From the NCBI GenBank assembly GCA_010093705.1, contig MU006093.1:189785-253784 (forward strand): a DNA stretch of 64,000 bases, given 5' to 3'. The stretch's first letter is position 1. The number at the start of each line of letters is the position of its first letter. This DNA is from Patellaria atrata CBS 101060 (taxonomy: Eukaryota). This document shows positions 1-13,200 of the stretch, piece after piece. Made by a program: the position numbers and the translations under genes. Under the pieces are notes generated by a model. That model was given only the letters and a program-made list of their open reading frames with translations. It did no database searches and was not told where the DNA came from.

Positions 1-20
1 AAAGCATGGTCGATTCTTAG

Positions 21-197
21 AAGGGAATAGTCACGTACTGGCGGGAATGCAGCGAAGATGCTGGTTTGTCAATCTTTCCACATGGTTTGGGGACCGCAAT
101 GAAGTCTGGGGATCAAGAACCAGATGCCGCGATGGTCGAAGTCATGAAGGAGCTTGAGGGAAAGAGGGCGAAAGGGATACTGACTTACAGAGCCTAG
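21..197 (+). CDS. Possible terminal exon of a gene entering from the left edge (KGIVTYWRECSEDAG...GILTYRA*)
   Basis: Open frame after a TTAG acceptor-like site at 17-20, ending in TAG. No recognisable domain. Confidence 0.25.
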   Translation, partial: KGIVTYWRECSEDAGLSIFPHGLGTAMKSGDQEPDAAMVEVMKELEGKRAKGILTYRA

Positions 198-639
198 TTA
201 GACGAGCTGAATATCTTTGCGGCTTTAATGTTTGTCTACTGGTCTAGAATAGTCGGGGGTTGGAGATTAGGAATTGTCTAGCGCAGAGCTTAAAGACACA
301 AAAATCATGTTACTGTACTACGTGAAATTCTAGTAGTTCAAAATATGAAGGAATGCACAGTTTAGAAAGTGCCGACACAATCGAGACAACGACTTTTGCG
401 CATTGTACCAGTACTATTCAGACTTGAAAATCATGGGATGATCTTCGATGAGGTTGAGAGACAGCATAGAAGACTTGCAGAGATATCTACCAGATATAAC
501 CTTCAGTAAAAGACCAGCATAGAATTCAAATTTAGAGATAACTCAATATTTCCGCCGTCAATTTTGAAACAAGCGAAACACTTGAAAAGTTAGCGTGAAT
601 TCCCTGAAAGACAGAACGATCTCATCGGGATAAACTCCG

Positions 640-2785
640 TCACCGCCATGTTAGGTAAACATCAAGCTCCATTTCCGCAAGTATCGTCAATAAGGCTGGT
701 TCTACCTTAGGCTCCGTTCCACGGCAGTTACACTGGTCCGATTCCTCCAGTCTCTTCATCCTCGGGTGGGGAGGGAGTCGAAGGAGTCTTGAATCCTCGA
801 GTGTTGGCCGACGGGGTTTACATCCACGAGGTCTTACCATCATTAAGGGGCCGTTGGCACATCTTTAAGAGCCAGCTATTTACCCGCCGTTAATAACATA
901 AGGCTGACTTTCCACAAGTGCCTACATAAAAGTCTCCAAGCGCCGACGGGCAAGAAGGTTTAGCAGCACTATACGGCATCGCCGGCGTGTAGTCCCACGA
1001 AGTCCTCAAACCTGCGACATGGGAGCGACGATGATCATGATAAGGGTTCATCCAGCAGCAAACCTGGAAGGCTGAAAGTTGAAAGTCGAAACAAGGTTGC
1101 AGTGACGACGCCACTAAGAACTTAGTTCTATTCGCTTGAAGCGGGCAGATCAGCGCCAGGAGCACCCGCACGCAATGACCAGCTTACAAGGGTAAATGAT
1201 ATCGTGAGTATCTGTAGAAAAAGCGTGGGACTCCTAGCAGATGCATAGATATGGAGTGGGAGATGGGGGCTATATATAAACACATATACGCTTTGTTATC
1301 ATGCTACCTTAACTTGTCAAGTGGGCTTACCTTACCGCCCCACCCTACTACGTATGGGCTGGCAGATAGGTACCGATACTCCGTTCTACCTCACATAAGG
1401 GGAAGATCAGGGAGAGCACCCAATAATAGAGGGTGGAACCATGAAATCGGAGACCATTACATTGTTTCCACGTGGGATGGCCGAGTAGTGTGTCATCGAT
1501 GCGATCGGATGGGGGGAAGGGAGGGGATTTGGGGTTGATGAGGTGGGACTTAGATTAGTTCTAGCTGAGCTAACTGCATCATTGCTTACTGGACAAGGGG
1601 AATCATAGTCGAGACAAGCTACCACGACATATGTTACCAGTGAGTCAGCACAAATGAGGAGCTCAGGAATTGAAGGATCTCAAGAATTGAAGGATCGAGC
1701 GAGTATTAGATTAGACACAATGGATGGCGCTTTCGTAAGATGGATAAGTAATAAAGTGTCATTGCGTAACCCAAAAAGTGCGTATCGATATCTGGTCCGA
1801 AGTGGGATCACGAACCTCATAGTACCATAAACACCTCCACGCTGCACCCCACCATGTGAAGATATCCCTAGATCATCAATGCTAACTCCATGCCGGGGAC
1901 TCCTAAGGAGAAAGAATTGTCTAAGAGAGTTGATCTGTGAGATTCTCAACCCCGTCTAGTAGCCACTGTGCAGCGGATGAAATGAATCTGACCACCTTTT
2001 GAGTGAGCGCTTTGGAGATTGCGACGTTAAGATCGATAAAATTAGCAGAGGTCATAAGCGCGGCGAGAGAAAGACTGTACGCCATCATCTTGATGATGAG
2101 CACTTGCCGCTCAATAATCCTGGTGATGGAGAGGACTTCAACTTCAGCTTGTAAGGCTGGTACGGGACGTGTGTAGAGCGGGGCCTCATTACCGATCGTA
2201 ACTATTCCGTCACCGTCAATTCGGTTCCAGTTGATTGGGGACACCCGATTTACCTTGTCGATGAGGAGATTCTGTGACTTCTCTGGAGAGTATAGGTAGG
2301 GACGGTGATTGAATGACATTCGATCGACCACGCAGAGCGACTTCAGACCTTCTCCCAATCTCTTGTTCAACATCGGACTCAGCAAATTGGTCCCCTGATC
2401 CTCTTAATGTATGCTCTAACGAGTCTTTTCTGAAGGAGAAGGGATAGGGAGCGGATCTCCTTTCTGAACCTGACCCTGACCCTGATCCCGATCCCGAACC
2501 ACGTGTAGCAGCAACGGATGTAGACTTCGGGCGATATTCATGATATTGCCCAAAATCCGTCTTCCGATAACGCCTCGAATCATCACTGATGGACGTTGGG
2601 AGGGTGTTATTGGAGAGTGTTTTCTGCATACTCGACCCGGTTATGTACCCAGCAGAGGTACCACGGGAGGAAGGGTTGGCATTGGACTGATGCAAATCGA
2701 AAGCTCTCGAAGAGCGATGATACTCTGTAATAGGGTCGCCATCGCTTGGAATACCCATCATTTCCCGGCGGCGAGGGGAACTCAT
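640..2785 (-). pseudogene. Decayed gene for a Ser/Arg/Pro-rich low-complexity protein
   Basis: 189-aa S/R/G-rich ORF (2216-2785, with a GSGSGS tract). The same frame continues past its stop with similar composition but many TGA/TAA codons. Further S/P/R-rich fragments lie at 1407-1949 and 640-843. The lower boundary is uncertain. Confidence 0.35.
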
Positions 2786-5700
2786 GACAGGATGTGGACG
2801 ACACGCACCTACAACAGCATATAAGCATTAATGGTTCGAGAAAATGCAAGGCAAAGTATTTGAGACTGACTTTGTGCTGACATAGCGGTTTCTGCTCAAG
2901 GAAGCTGTGTCTAGGTTATAGCACAGTAAAATGACCGGGTGAAAGTATTTAAGTTCAACTCTTGTTGACGAGAAAGAGAGTACAATAAGACTTTACTCAG
3001 CAGTAGCTGGCACCTCCCCTGCGAGCGATGCACGGGAGCTCAGAGAGCTCGGAACAAACCAATAGCGTAGCATGGGGAGCTTTCGTGGGTAGGTATTGAA
3101 ATAGCGCAGCGTGGCCGTTCGTGGAAGCACATAAGAAGGGTGTTCAACCAGATTCTGTAGACCGCACTAACCCTACCATGGATAAAGTCTACATGAAACG
3201 GATGTCATGAGAATAGAAGTGGGGGGCGGTGTGAAAGATGCTGAGTTTCCGTCGCAACTCTGTCATTGATGATTAGGATGAAGCCTGCCACTAAGTGAAC
3301 GACGTCTTAGGTCTGTGGGTTCAGCCTGTTCTTATATTTTGAATAGTCCCTTATTAACCCTAAGGTTACGTCTCACATCTTGGGTGCAGGCGGAAACTTT
3401 GATTCTATGTATTATGATATCAAAGGTCACCAGGTGATAATAGAGGAGGGTCGGGGCGTCGAGCTGTTGGCTAACTGTGGCTTTCGCTTCTACGCGAGGA
3501 TGGCACAGCTGGTGCATAGAGTGCTGCCATCTGTGAGAGCCTTATGCCATCATCACTTAAGCCGTTGAATGCTGAAAGACTGCTTCTTATTCTTAAAGAA
3601 ACAATATTCAACACTGTGGCCTTGACAGAGACTTTAAAACTAGCTGAGCACCAGATAGAAGTGGATGGAGACGTTAGGTAGGCTATGTTTTGCTGGAGGC
3701 ATTATCAGCTACTTAGTTTACGCACTGCATCATGTCTTTAGCGGGAAATATGCAGAGAAAGGGATTTAGGTGAGCAAAAAGTAATTGCGAAAGTAAATAC
3801 CGAGTCTAAGGTAATGTGTTAGAAGAATAATGATCAATAAAGAGAAGATACATCTAGCTAATACACAGACAGACGGCAAAGAGTTTTCTTAGCCTCGAAT
3901 GGGAGAGTGAGCTCCAGTTTGAATATCTGGAATGTTGATTTCTATACCTATACCTTCTCACTGGCCAAGATTAAACGGTAGGGGGACGGTATTTTCTCTT
4001 AAGTTTCCCTGATCGCAATACAACTGACAAGGAGAATTGGTCGGAAGCTTCTAGGGATTCGAAATAAGGATTAAAGATACCCCTCTCTTTCTCAAGACTC
4101 TTCAGGACCATACCTGGTATACCATACGATGTGAGTACAGATGCACACCGATACGAGGCGGTTTTCAGAGATCAGTTTTGTTTCACTACTGGAACCCCAG
4201 GATTGAGCTAGGGCTATAATTGGAAGATAATCTCATTGAAAATTTGAAAGTAAAGAAAAAGGTTGATAAGAGTCTCAAAAATACAAGATAAAATAAAGTA
4301 GGGTGTAGAGTTTTGGATGTTGCAAAAAGGTTGAAAGTCATCAAACGGATCGTTGCGTTGACAAGGCTGGGATCCCCTTGGAGCCGGCGGGTACCCTAAA
4401 CTCGAACCTGCCTTAGGTTTGTATACTAAAATATACTATTTGTACTGTTACAGTACCGGGCCGTCGGGTATTACCGTACTGTAAACTACGGTAGGGACCT
4501 GATGAAGTTATAGCGCATCTCTCATCGTTAGGATTCACATCTTTTGGAGGTTGACAGATAGGAAAGCAATTGGATTGCTGCTCGACCTTCATCTTTAAGA
4601 CTCACCGGACCTGAACCTCTCCCTGGATCTTCTCCAACCGTGTCAAGCCGGTTTCTTGAACTGCTATCCCCAGAACGTTGCATCGAAGGATCTGATGCTG
4701 CATCCAAGCATCAATTCACGGCATATATCGCCCTTTACGTTCTTTACTTTCAGTCGAGACCGATTCTCCCTCACGTCACCATCCATTCCTCTACGGTTGT
4801 ATTCCTTACATAACCTCGAGCGGCCTTTAAGAGGTAGTTATCCTCATGGTTCAGTCCTCGAATGATTTTTCACTTATTAAGTTATCAGCATTTTCCCCCG
4901 GACCTTAAAGAATAACTCGAGAATACTGATGATAGCTCGTCCAGTTCACGTCTGATGACTTTTCAAACTTGTTCTACGAAATCCTTGATGCCGTCCTCCG
5001 TCAAAATGCGACATATGCTCTCCACACTGAACACTAGCAGTTCCATTCGTTGGTGATCCGCAGTTGCGACTACGTGGCTAAAATTCGTCACTGCTTCCGT
5101 GTACCCCATCAAGGACGATTGTAGATTAAGAAAAGTTAACTTATAATGGTTGAATGGACTTGGAGGCAACACATTGGTCCCGCCGTTCTGCTATTGAGGC
5201 CAACTTTGATGGAAAGCGACACGCTCCTGAGTAACAGACTGGAACCCCTACAATAGATTTGATATACATTCTACCTTGTTCAAATGCGAAAATCGACGAC
5301 TACAAGTGTTATTGGTATTCGTGAGAGTCCTAAGAGTCCAGCACCCAGTATCTGCTTATTCTGCTGTGACAGTTGAGCAAAAAAAGCTTTCCCTCCCGAT
5401 GGATATCTTCCGAACAGTTCTTGACACCCATATGTCTTGGTCTTCTCGCTAGGAACCACTTTGATAGACACCATGTAGAAATTCAGCGATGTCTATATTC
5501 TCTCGACCCCTTTTGTTGGCACTCGACGAAGACCGGACTCCAAATCCAGGGTTAAGATAACTAATTTATCACCAGAGATATACCAAAGGGATATGTTCAA
5601 AACGCTATCTAACTGTTGCCTTGATTTGACTCTCGAATAACATCAGTTTAATCAACGTGGGGATTCGAAGTGATCTACTGGAAGACCGATTTTGAGCCAC

Positions 5701-6031
5701 TACATTAGCACATGAAAAGTTCTCAAAGTGCGACCATGATGTGACCAATTAGCATCGAAAGGCTTATCTCTTTATAAGCTTCTATATATTCGATAGTCCT
5801 ATGATATTTACAGTTATATAGATGGGATTCTGAGCACTTATAAACAATCTTACAAGCCTATATGAACAACGGAAGCACTTTACTTATCCATTATAGTTCG
5901 GCTCAGCTAAGTAGTGTTACTGGGGGTCTGTGGACTACATTTTCTGGCCCGATTGTGTGCCTATAGCTTAACAATGCTGCAATTCTCCAGAAACGGGTCC
6001 ATCACTGCATAACCTAAAAGAGGTCATGACC

Positions 6032-7111
6032 TTATCCTGTCCATACCGGAGGACCAGGCATAGTATAATTCTAGGTAATTTCCTTAGCGAATCCTCATAT
6101 CATAGAGTCTTGAGGCACTTACCTTTACGTCGTGCACCCCCCCCTGAGATGCAGGCGTCCACATCTTTCCAGATACGCTTATACCAGGATCTATCAGTTC
6201 AGAGTCAGCACCACTCTTCGATTCTCTCCTGGATATTCGAACCACCCACCATCATACGAATACGCTCCCGGAAACGCGACCAGCTCATGTTCTGCAGGCG
6301 CATTCCCCCCCTCCCCTGTAACTTCGATTTGCGCACATTCCGGGTAAAATTGCGGAGGCCACAGTTGCAGACTCAGGATCTCGACGCGCAGCAAATACTT
6401 CCCTTTCTTCAAGCCCGGCGGAATCTTGAAACTCCATCCGACCTTATCCTTCTCCGTCGCCCCCGTCAGTTCCCCCTGCTTCCATGAATACTTGATCTCA
6501 TCAGGGTTACCCTGCCCGGAAATCGTCGCGCCGGGCTGCAGGCCGGATTCGGCGATCTTGAACCATACCTTCTCGCTGCTCGGATCGAAGCTACCGCAGT
6601 CGTCGCCGCAGGAGGCTAGGTAGGCAAATAGCGGACCCTGGTCGTGGTACCAATGGTGGTACAAACAACGGAAGTCGCAGACGTAGCCTGGAGGGCACAC
6701 TCGCTCTTCTTGAGCCGGGTCGCAGTAAAATGGGAGACCCTTCCGGAACGTGAAGTTATTGGACCAGTGGGCCGTGATTTCGCCGCCAGCAGGGACAGAA
6801 GCGTGCAAAGAGCGCGAGCCGGGAGGTGCGCTGCCGTCGAAGTTGCAGGTCATGTTGGAGGATGTGATGTCTTCGACGGGCCAGATGTACCAGCGGCGTT
6901 GGATGGTTTCCTGGTCTTCTGCAGGCTCAAACCAGAGGTTTCTGTGGGGCTGGTTAGCAGATGAAAGGGGTGGAAGAACGAGTATAATAGGGACGATGTA
7001 CCCTGGGTATGTTTTGCCATCTATTTCGTAGCTGTATATACCCCCGTGTGCATTGGTAATGGAGAATAGGGAGAGGAGAGCTGAAACAATGAGGTAGGAT
7101 TGTGGTATCAT
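6032..7111 (-). CDS. AA9 lytic polysaccharide monooxygenase, secreted, 4 exons
   Basis: Signal peptide followed by His1 (ITNA|HGGIYSY), IQRRW, CN, WYHDQGP, WFKI, GKYLLRVE, QFYPECAQ, FPGAY, NYTMPGPPVW*. Introns at 6942-7001 (in-frame, 60 nt), 6191-6249 and 6071-6122. Confidence 0.93.
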
Positions 7112-8171
7112 CGTTCTGATTCACTACACGCCCAGTCTCTGAATATAACTTAAGATATTTCATACTAACTCCCTTGGAATGCCGCCGTACATATATATGT
7201 ACTGCTTCATATCCAAGCACAATTCATCTCAGTACTACCTTTACCCTATCCTGTACTATACGACCAAAATATACCATGGTAGTCCACCCGAAATGTGTTC
7301 CGGTGCCCGAGAAGAGCGAATATATGGTAGCATAGTCGTATATAAGAATTCCCTAAAGGGTTGATATTGATACCGATCAATTCTGCAGGAACAAGGTAAT
7401 TATATGATCAGTAGATAAATTGGTGAAACATATCCTCTCCTATAGATTCTTCTATGCGGGGAACCTCGTAGCCAATAGGTAATAAACTGCACTTTATAAT
7501 TGGGTGCAGTCCAGGATTATATGATATACTACCCGAATTCAGGGATCTAGGATAATCTTAAGGAAGCTTAACCGATTCTATAGCGCATTCAATATGGCCT
7601 TTTGTCATAAGGTAGTTTCGTTAGAGCTGAAGTGGAAATTAGTCCTTGTACTGGAGTTCTCCTGCATACTAATGTGGCCCTCTGAGCAGCCTGGATAATA
7701 TAGCAGGTAAACAGCATTGATATGTTTGTAACTATTGTTTTTTTCTCATTAATCGCTAAACTGGTAGCGGACTTGAAGCATTGCACGCGAATCTTGCGGC
7801 TTACTGTATCCATAAACTAGGACCTGACAATACATCCATATAATCAAAGACTTTGTAGAGTACTCATTATGCATTTCTAACTAAGCTATTTCAAAAGGCC
7901 ACTATTGGTGGCAAGCTCTCAACGCCTGCAAATGTATAGTCCGCATGACGCCGATAGATCATGTCGCCCTGTTATACAAATAGAAGAAAAATAAAAAGGC
8001 ATCGACAAAGGAAAAAACGTGTCTCGTACCGTCAGAATTGACCTTTTGACCCCAGCTCCCCCTGTACTCACGGTACGCCATATTGTTCTTTATTATCGTC
8101 CAAAACTTACATTATACGCCATACAGAGAAGCAAATAGTCGTAAAAATCATAAATCATCAGCTTATTTCCC

Positions 8172-11100
8172 CTAGTTCTCGAACACATCGAGAACATTTG
8201 TCCACTTTCCAGTGGCCCTCTCCTCCCAGTACCCGTCTGGGCCAGTTTTGGCCCTCCAGAGCTCCTCCTGATCCTGATCACCGCCGAATCGTACAAACCA
8301 GCGGGGCCTATGCACATCACTGTGCTCTTCCATGACGCGGCGTCGTTGGCGCTGACGTTCTTCCAATTTCGCTTTCAAGGCTTCGGCACGGTCAACGTCA
8401 CCATCTTCCAGAGCCCTTTGGTCGGGCCGAAGTCGACTATCTGTGATCGGGATCTTGTCCTTTTCGATAGGGGTAATCTCATTCAAAGCGGTAGCAAAGG
8501 GTGTGAAACCGTACCGATGAGACGCGTCATCAATGAGTGCGCCGGCTTCCCAGATGGTTTTGCCAGTATCGGACCCATTCTTCGTCAGGCGCAAGTGCGT
8601 AGTCCACTTGCCAGAAAGACCTAGGGGCAGCTTCGAGCCAGATGGATCGAAGCTCTGAACGGTGACTTCTTCGCTGCGACCCGCAAACATGCCTCCGGCT
8701 TTGAAAGTGGCAACTGCAGTATCTCCGGTGGTCTCGTTGAGGACGGTCATGGTGCCAACGGGTTCGACGTACTTTTCACCTGCAACAATATTACGAAGAA
8801 AGGAGGTTGCCAATGTGAAACTAAACTCTTCGTTGTTATCGTGGAAGATGATACGGACACGACCGTCGGTATTGATCTCAGCAGATTTACCCCAGAACTT
8901 CTGAAGCGGCATGGGGCTTTGGAGAAACGTCCAGTTCACATGATCAGCCTGGCAAGCTAGGCGAACAGGACGATGTGACACCTTTTCAGACACGAAACGG
9001 AAGCCCTTATCCTCACGAACGAGCTCATATGTCTCGCCAAGCATCGGATTGAATGGTTTGCGGATGGCGCGTTCCTTAGAACGAGCGTTTGAGAAGAGTG
9101 TGATGGAAAAAGCGGCGATAATCATGAGACGTTCTGGAGACTTTGCTCCAGCTTGGAATGCGTCGTCGAGAAGCTCAGAGTATTCTAATTGCTCTGCAGC
9201 ACGTTGTAGGAGAGAAGTTGGCTCGTTAGATGTAACCGGCATAGCAATGTTAGAGAGGTCTTTCCCAACGTTTTTGCGGAGGAATGCAAGTATGCTAGGG
9301 GGTGGCCCATGGGCTGGCTTCACAGTATTACGCCGTGGAACAGGATCAAGTGGTAACGGAGTCAACGATTTGGGTGCTGTGATGACTGCGGATCCATGAG
9401 GCTTTCGGATGACAGCCTCAACACCGTCGTTACTGCTATCGTCCGCATCATCATCGTCAGTTGTAGCGTCTGTCTTCGGATCGTCGGTTTCGCTGTCGCG
9501 GATCTCGATAACATGTCCCGGCCGCGAAGTTGCTCTCGAACACCTTCCTTCAGAAGCGTCAAAGAACTCTTCATCTGGATCCGAGTCAATGCTACTTCTA
9601 CTGGCGGACACCGGAGGCTGGCGCCGTTGCTTGCTTTCGGAAAGAAGTGTTGAAAGGTCGGTAACAACGGAATCTAGGTCGCGCAGGATTTCCATACAAC
9701 GCTCATGGACATTCTCATCGACGTGGGAGTTATAGCTGCGTTTATCTCGTTTCGATATGTTCAGGCCACCAGTTGGGAGTTGAGGGACACTTGAAGGTGT
9801 GGGTACTGCAAGTTGTGCGGACACGCTGCGACGAAAGATACCAGATGGACTAGGACCGTTACTGCTCGACTTTCGCTTCCAGAATGGTAGTTTTTCGTTG
9901 GCCATCTTATCGGTTTCCTTGAAATAGTCCGCTTCTCCATCGGTAGGGCTAGAGGTTGCGCTACCACCACTTCCACTAGGTTTCAACAGTCCAAGACCGG
10001 GAGAGGCGGGTTGCAAGTATTTAGGATCAGTGTCTTTGGCTAGACGACGTATGGCATCACGACTGCCCACGATACGAGCGAACAATCCCTCAACTATGGT
10101 CCATTCCCTCTCTTCCGCAGGATTGAAGGGAACTGAATTGTTATACTGCGCCTGGCCGTCTGTGTGAAGTCTATTGTTCCCTCCTTCGGCTGCTCGGCTG
10201 ATAGCAGCTTTCCAACCTTCGAAATCCCCTGAATCCCTTACTCTTAGATGCCACATATCTACACCAGAATCAAGGGAGATCTCATGCGCCTTATCGTTGA
10301 TTGTAATTGCTGCGAGTGACAAGGGTATTGATCCACGAACGGCCGCAGAGTGAGGATGATGGTAATATGAGATGGTGCTCGTTTCAAAATCCAACGAGAA
10401 GAACCTATGTGCCCACCCTTGAGCTTTCTTGCGTCTCTTTTTCTTCATCACGCCGGTATAGACTGTAGGATTGGCTATACTTTGCTCTGGGGCCTGTCCC
10501 GGTTTCGAAGGTCGGAAAAAGGATTCTTGTGGGAGTGAATCGGTCGAATCGTATACCGAGAGGTTAGGACTGCCTCTTGACGTCAAATTTGTATTGATGC
10601 TTGAAAGGACTTGAGCGGTATATGGATTACGTCCTGCAGCACTGGGTGGAGCATTTTTTGGGTAGATGGTTAAGACAAGTGTCACCGTCTTGGACACTGT
10701 CTTGGAGAAGGTATTGTCGAAGACAAGTCCAAACATTCCTCCTTCATTATCAGGGACATCATAAGTTCCGGATGCGTATTTTTCCGCCTCGCATTTTCCA
10801 AGCCAGACAACGAGTCTTAATCCTTTACTTCGTAGTTTCTCGACGATGCTAGGAGTGTCTTTCAAGACATCCGATACCTTGCGCGGCCTTGAATTTTCGT
10901 CGTTCTTCGAAGGAAGTGAAGAATCGATGGCGGGAGATGAGGGATAGGATGGATAGGAAGTTCCGGGGTGTTTGAAAAGTCCAAAATTTAGAGAACGTTT
11001 GTGTGGTTGAATTGACCAGGAGATGGTATATCCGGCAGGCACATCGACCCAGCGCACAAGATAGTCCTAACGTATGAATCAATATCGGAGGAATCCAATG

Positions 11101-11174
11101 TGATCTAAACAGACGGAGTTGTCTCTAAGGTACAGTACCTTGCTATGAATTTCCAATTGCTCTCTGCTCCCCAT
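8172..11174 (-). CDS. OSH3: Oxysterol-binding protein, Osh3-like (GOLD + PH + ORD domains)
   Basis: GOLD-like N-terminus (LVFDNTFSKTVSK), PH domain (GWAHRFFSLD), FFAT-like EEFFDASE, and ORD motifs KPFNPMLGETYE, EKVSHRP and DSRLRPDQ. Exon 1 is MGSREQLEIHSK at 11139-11174; intron at 11067-11138. Confidence 0.93.
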
Positions 11175-13200
11175 TGTGACTGAAGTGACTACCTTATTCC
11201 CCTCGAGCTCAGCTGAAGGCGATTGCCTGAAGTGGAAGAGGCCGGATGCGTCAGGCACGAGGGGTCGGGTCGGGTAAGGTACCTGACTGAGATGGTAGGT
11301 ACGGATAGGTAAGGCAACTACATGAAGGAGACGAGACGGGAGCTGCGACGGGAAGGAGTGATTGAAATACCCTCAGGTGTACCTGCTCATTCGGGTAGAA
11401 AATAGAATGGGGAAGGAAAGTTGGAGGTTTCGCTTGAAAAGTTCGAGGAAATGACGAGCCGAGTACAAGTTCCCTTGTCGGTAAACTTGACAGCCGTGAC
11501 GCGAGGTGAGGGCAAAACCGGCGGGGAGAAGAAGAACAAGAAGATGGGACAAGGAGTAGTTCTAGTCCTATGTAGAAGTAACGGAAATGTCAACTTGTTG
11601 GATTCTATTCTATACAAGTCTTTTCCCCTTCAGCAGTAAGGTGAGACGGAGTGAGGGCAATAATCTGCATACGGTACATGTAACTGAACGGTAGATTATT
11701 GCACCGTGGCATGTTTTTGGCCGACGTGAGGCTGGTACGGCTGGGCATCCAACCCCCAGGGCAAGGGGGCAAGGGTGGTTTTTCCCTCACCAAATCAAAG
11801 GCCCAAGGCCCATAACAATCCCAAAATACCCCTCCCCCTCCCGTGCGGTGGGGTTGACCCTTTCAGCCTTACAACTTGAGCCTTGAGGAAGAACTTCAAG
11901 GTACTTCGTCAAGTACCTACTACTACTACATCTTGTCGCTTTTCCTAAGGTATAGTACTCGTCCATCCACAGTCCGGTGAACCATCTCGTCGCCAGAGAT
12001 ATGTGAACGCACTCATCCACGATTTGAAACATCATAGCTAGGTTTCCATTAACTGATAGTTGTCATAGACTATCATAATGCTCCGATTCCCCATTCGACG
12101 TTGACATAGACCGGATTACCAGCCAACAAATCAACAGGAACTGCTACGACGAGTACCGTATGCCAATCCGGATAGGGCTATCCATACGAGCATTTCCCTC
12201 TTTAACTACCTTACTTCGTACCCAACGATAGACGTCACAGATAAGTCCTCTTTTAGCCATCCTTCCGAGCCTGTCTCCGCGGCCAGTGTTCTTTATCTTT
12301 TCCTTTACCATGGTTGTCATTTACACTTCCCGTGTATTGAACTTCACTATATTATATTAACTCTTCGTGGAACCAGGCAGGAATCGGACTCTTGTCTCAA
12401 GTGAACAGCAAGGAAGGAGTGCTAGCGAACCAAGGGGGGGGGTACCACCAATAACATAATCCACCATCGAAACAACCACCAAAAGGAGCCAGCAATGGGT
12501 ATAAAAATAGCCCAAGTGGTACCTTATACACTGTGGTGACAGTTGCTAAAACATAGTAAGAAGGTATGATATACCCGTTTTAATACCCGCGGACTCGTAC
12601 TTGAAACCTCAGCATTAGGGAGGCTTTTAGTCGTATCTCCCCTTATGCCACATCAATACATCTAGTAAGATATCTACTAAATTATTACGTTGTTCATTAC
12701 CTTAGTAGTAATGTCTCTCAATCCAGTTATGATCAATTATGTCACATCTATAACTCTTGTATTACGAAGTTTTGAATAGTCGTCTCTTATTTCCTAGTAC
12801 TAAAATTCATACGCTCGACTCCTCAACGCAACCCATATTGTCTATAATCCATCCTACCCGTCAACAAGATGAGGGATAATGCACCGAGTGAAACCTGGTC
12901 TACGAAAGAACATTTCCTGGATTACAGCCCTGATAGTACAACATTCGGCACAACTCAGCCGCCTAGAAGCCCATTCACTAGGGAAACAACGTACCCTTGA
13001 GGCCTCAGTGGGCTCTTTATTCATCTCCCTGTGTTAGTTCAGTTCTATTAACCACGACAGTGCAGACTTGACGGTCTGATTTTGGAGTTAACTCTTAACG
13101 ATGCCGTTCCCTCTAATTGAAAAACAGATTCAGTGATTATATCTAACAGTAATATAGAATTGCCACAAGATAGGCTTTCGACTTCCGGATAGTGATCACA

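Noticed and set aside
1662..1695. 17-nt direct duplication CTCA(G/A)GAATTGAAGGAT
   Set aside because: Only two copies; an ordinary slippage duplication.
4560..5500. Coding-like minus-strand fragments
   Set aside because: Short, stop-ridden and without recognisable motifs; possibly a relic but not supportable.
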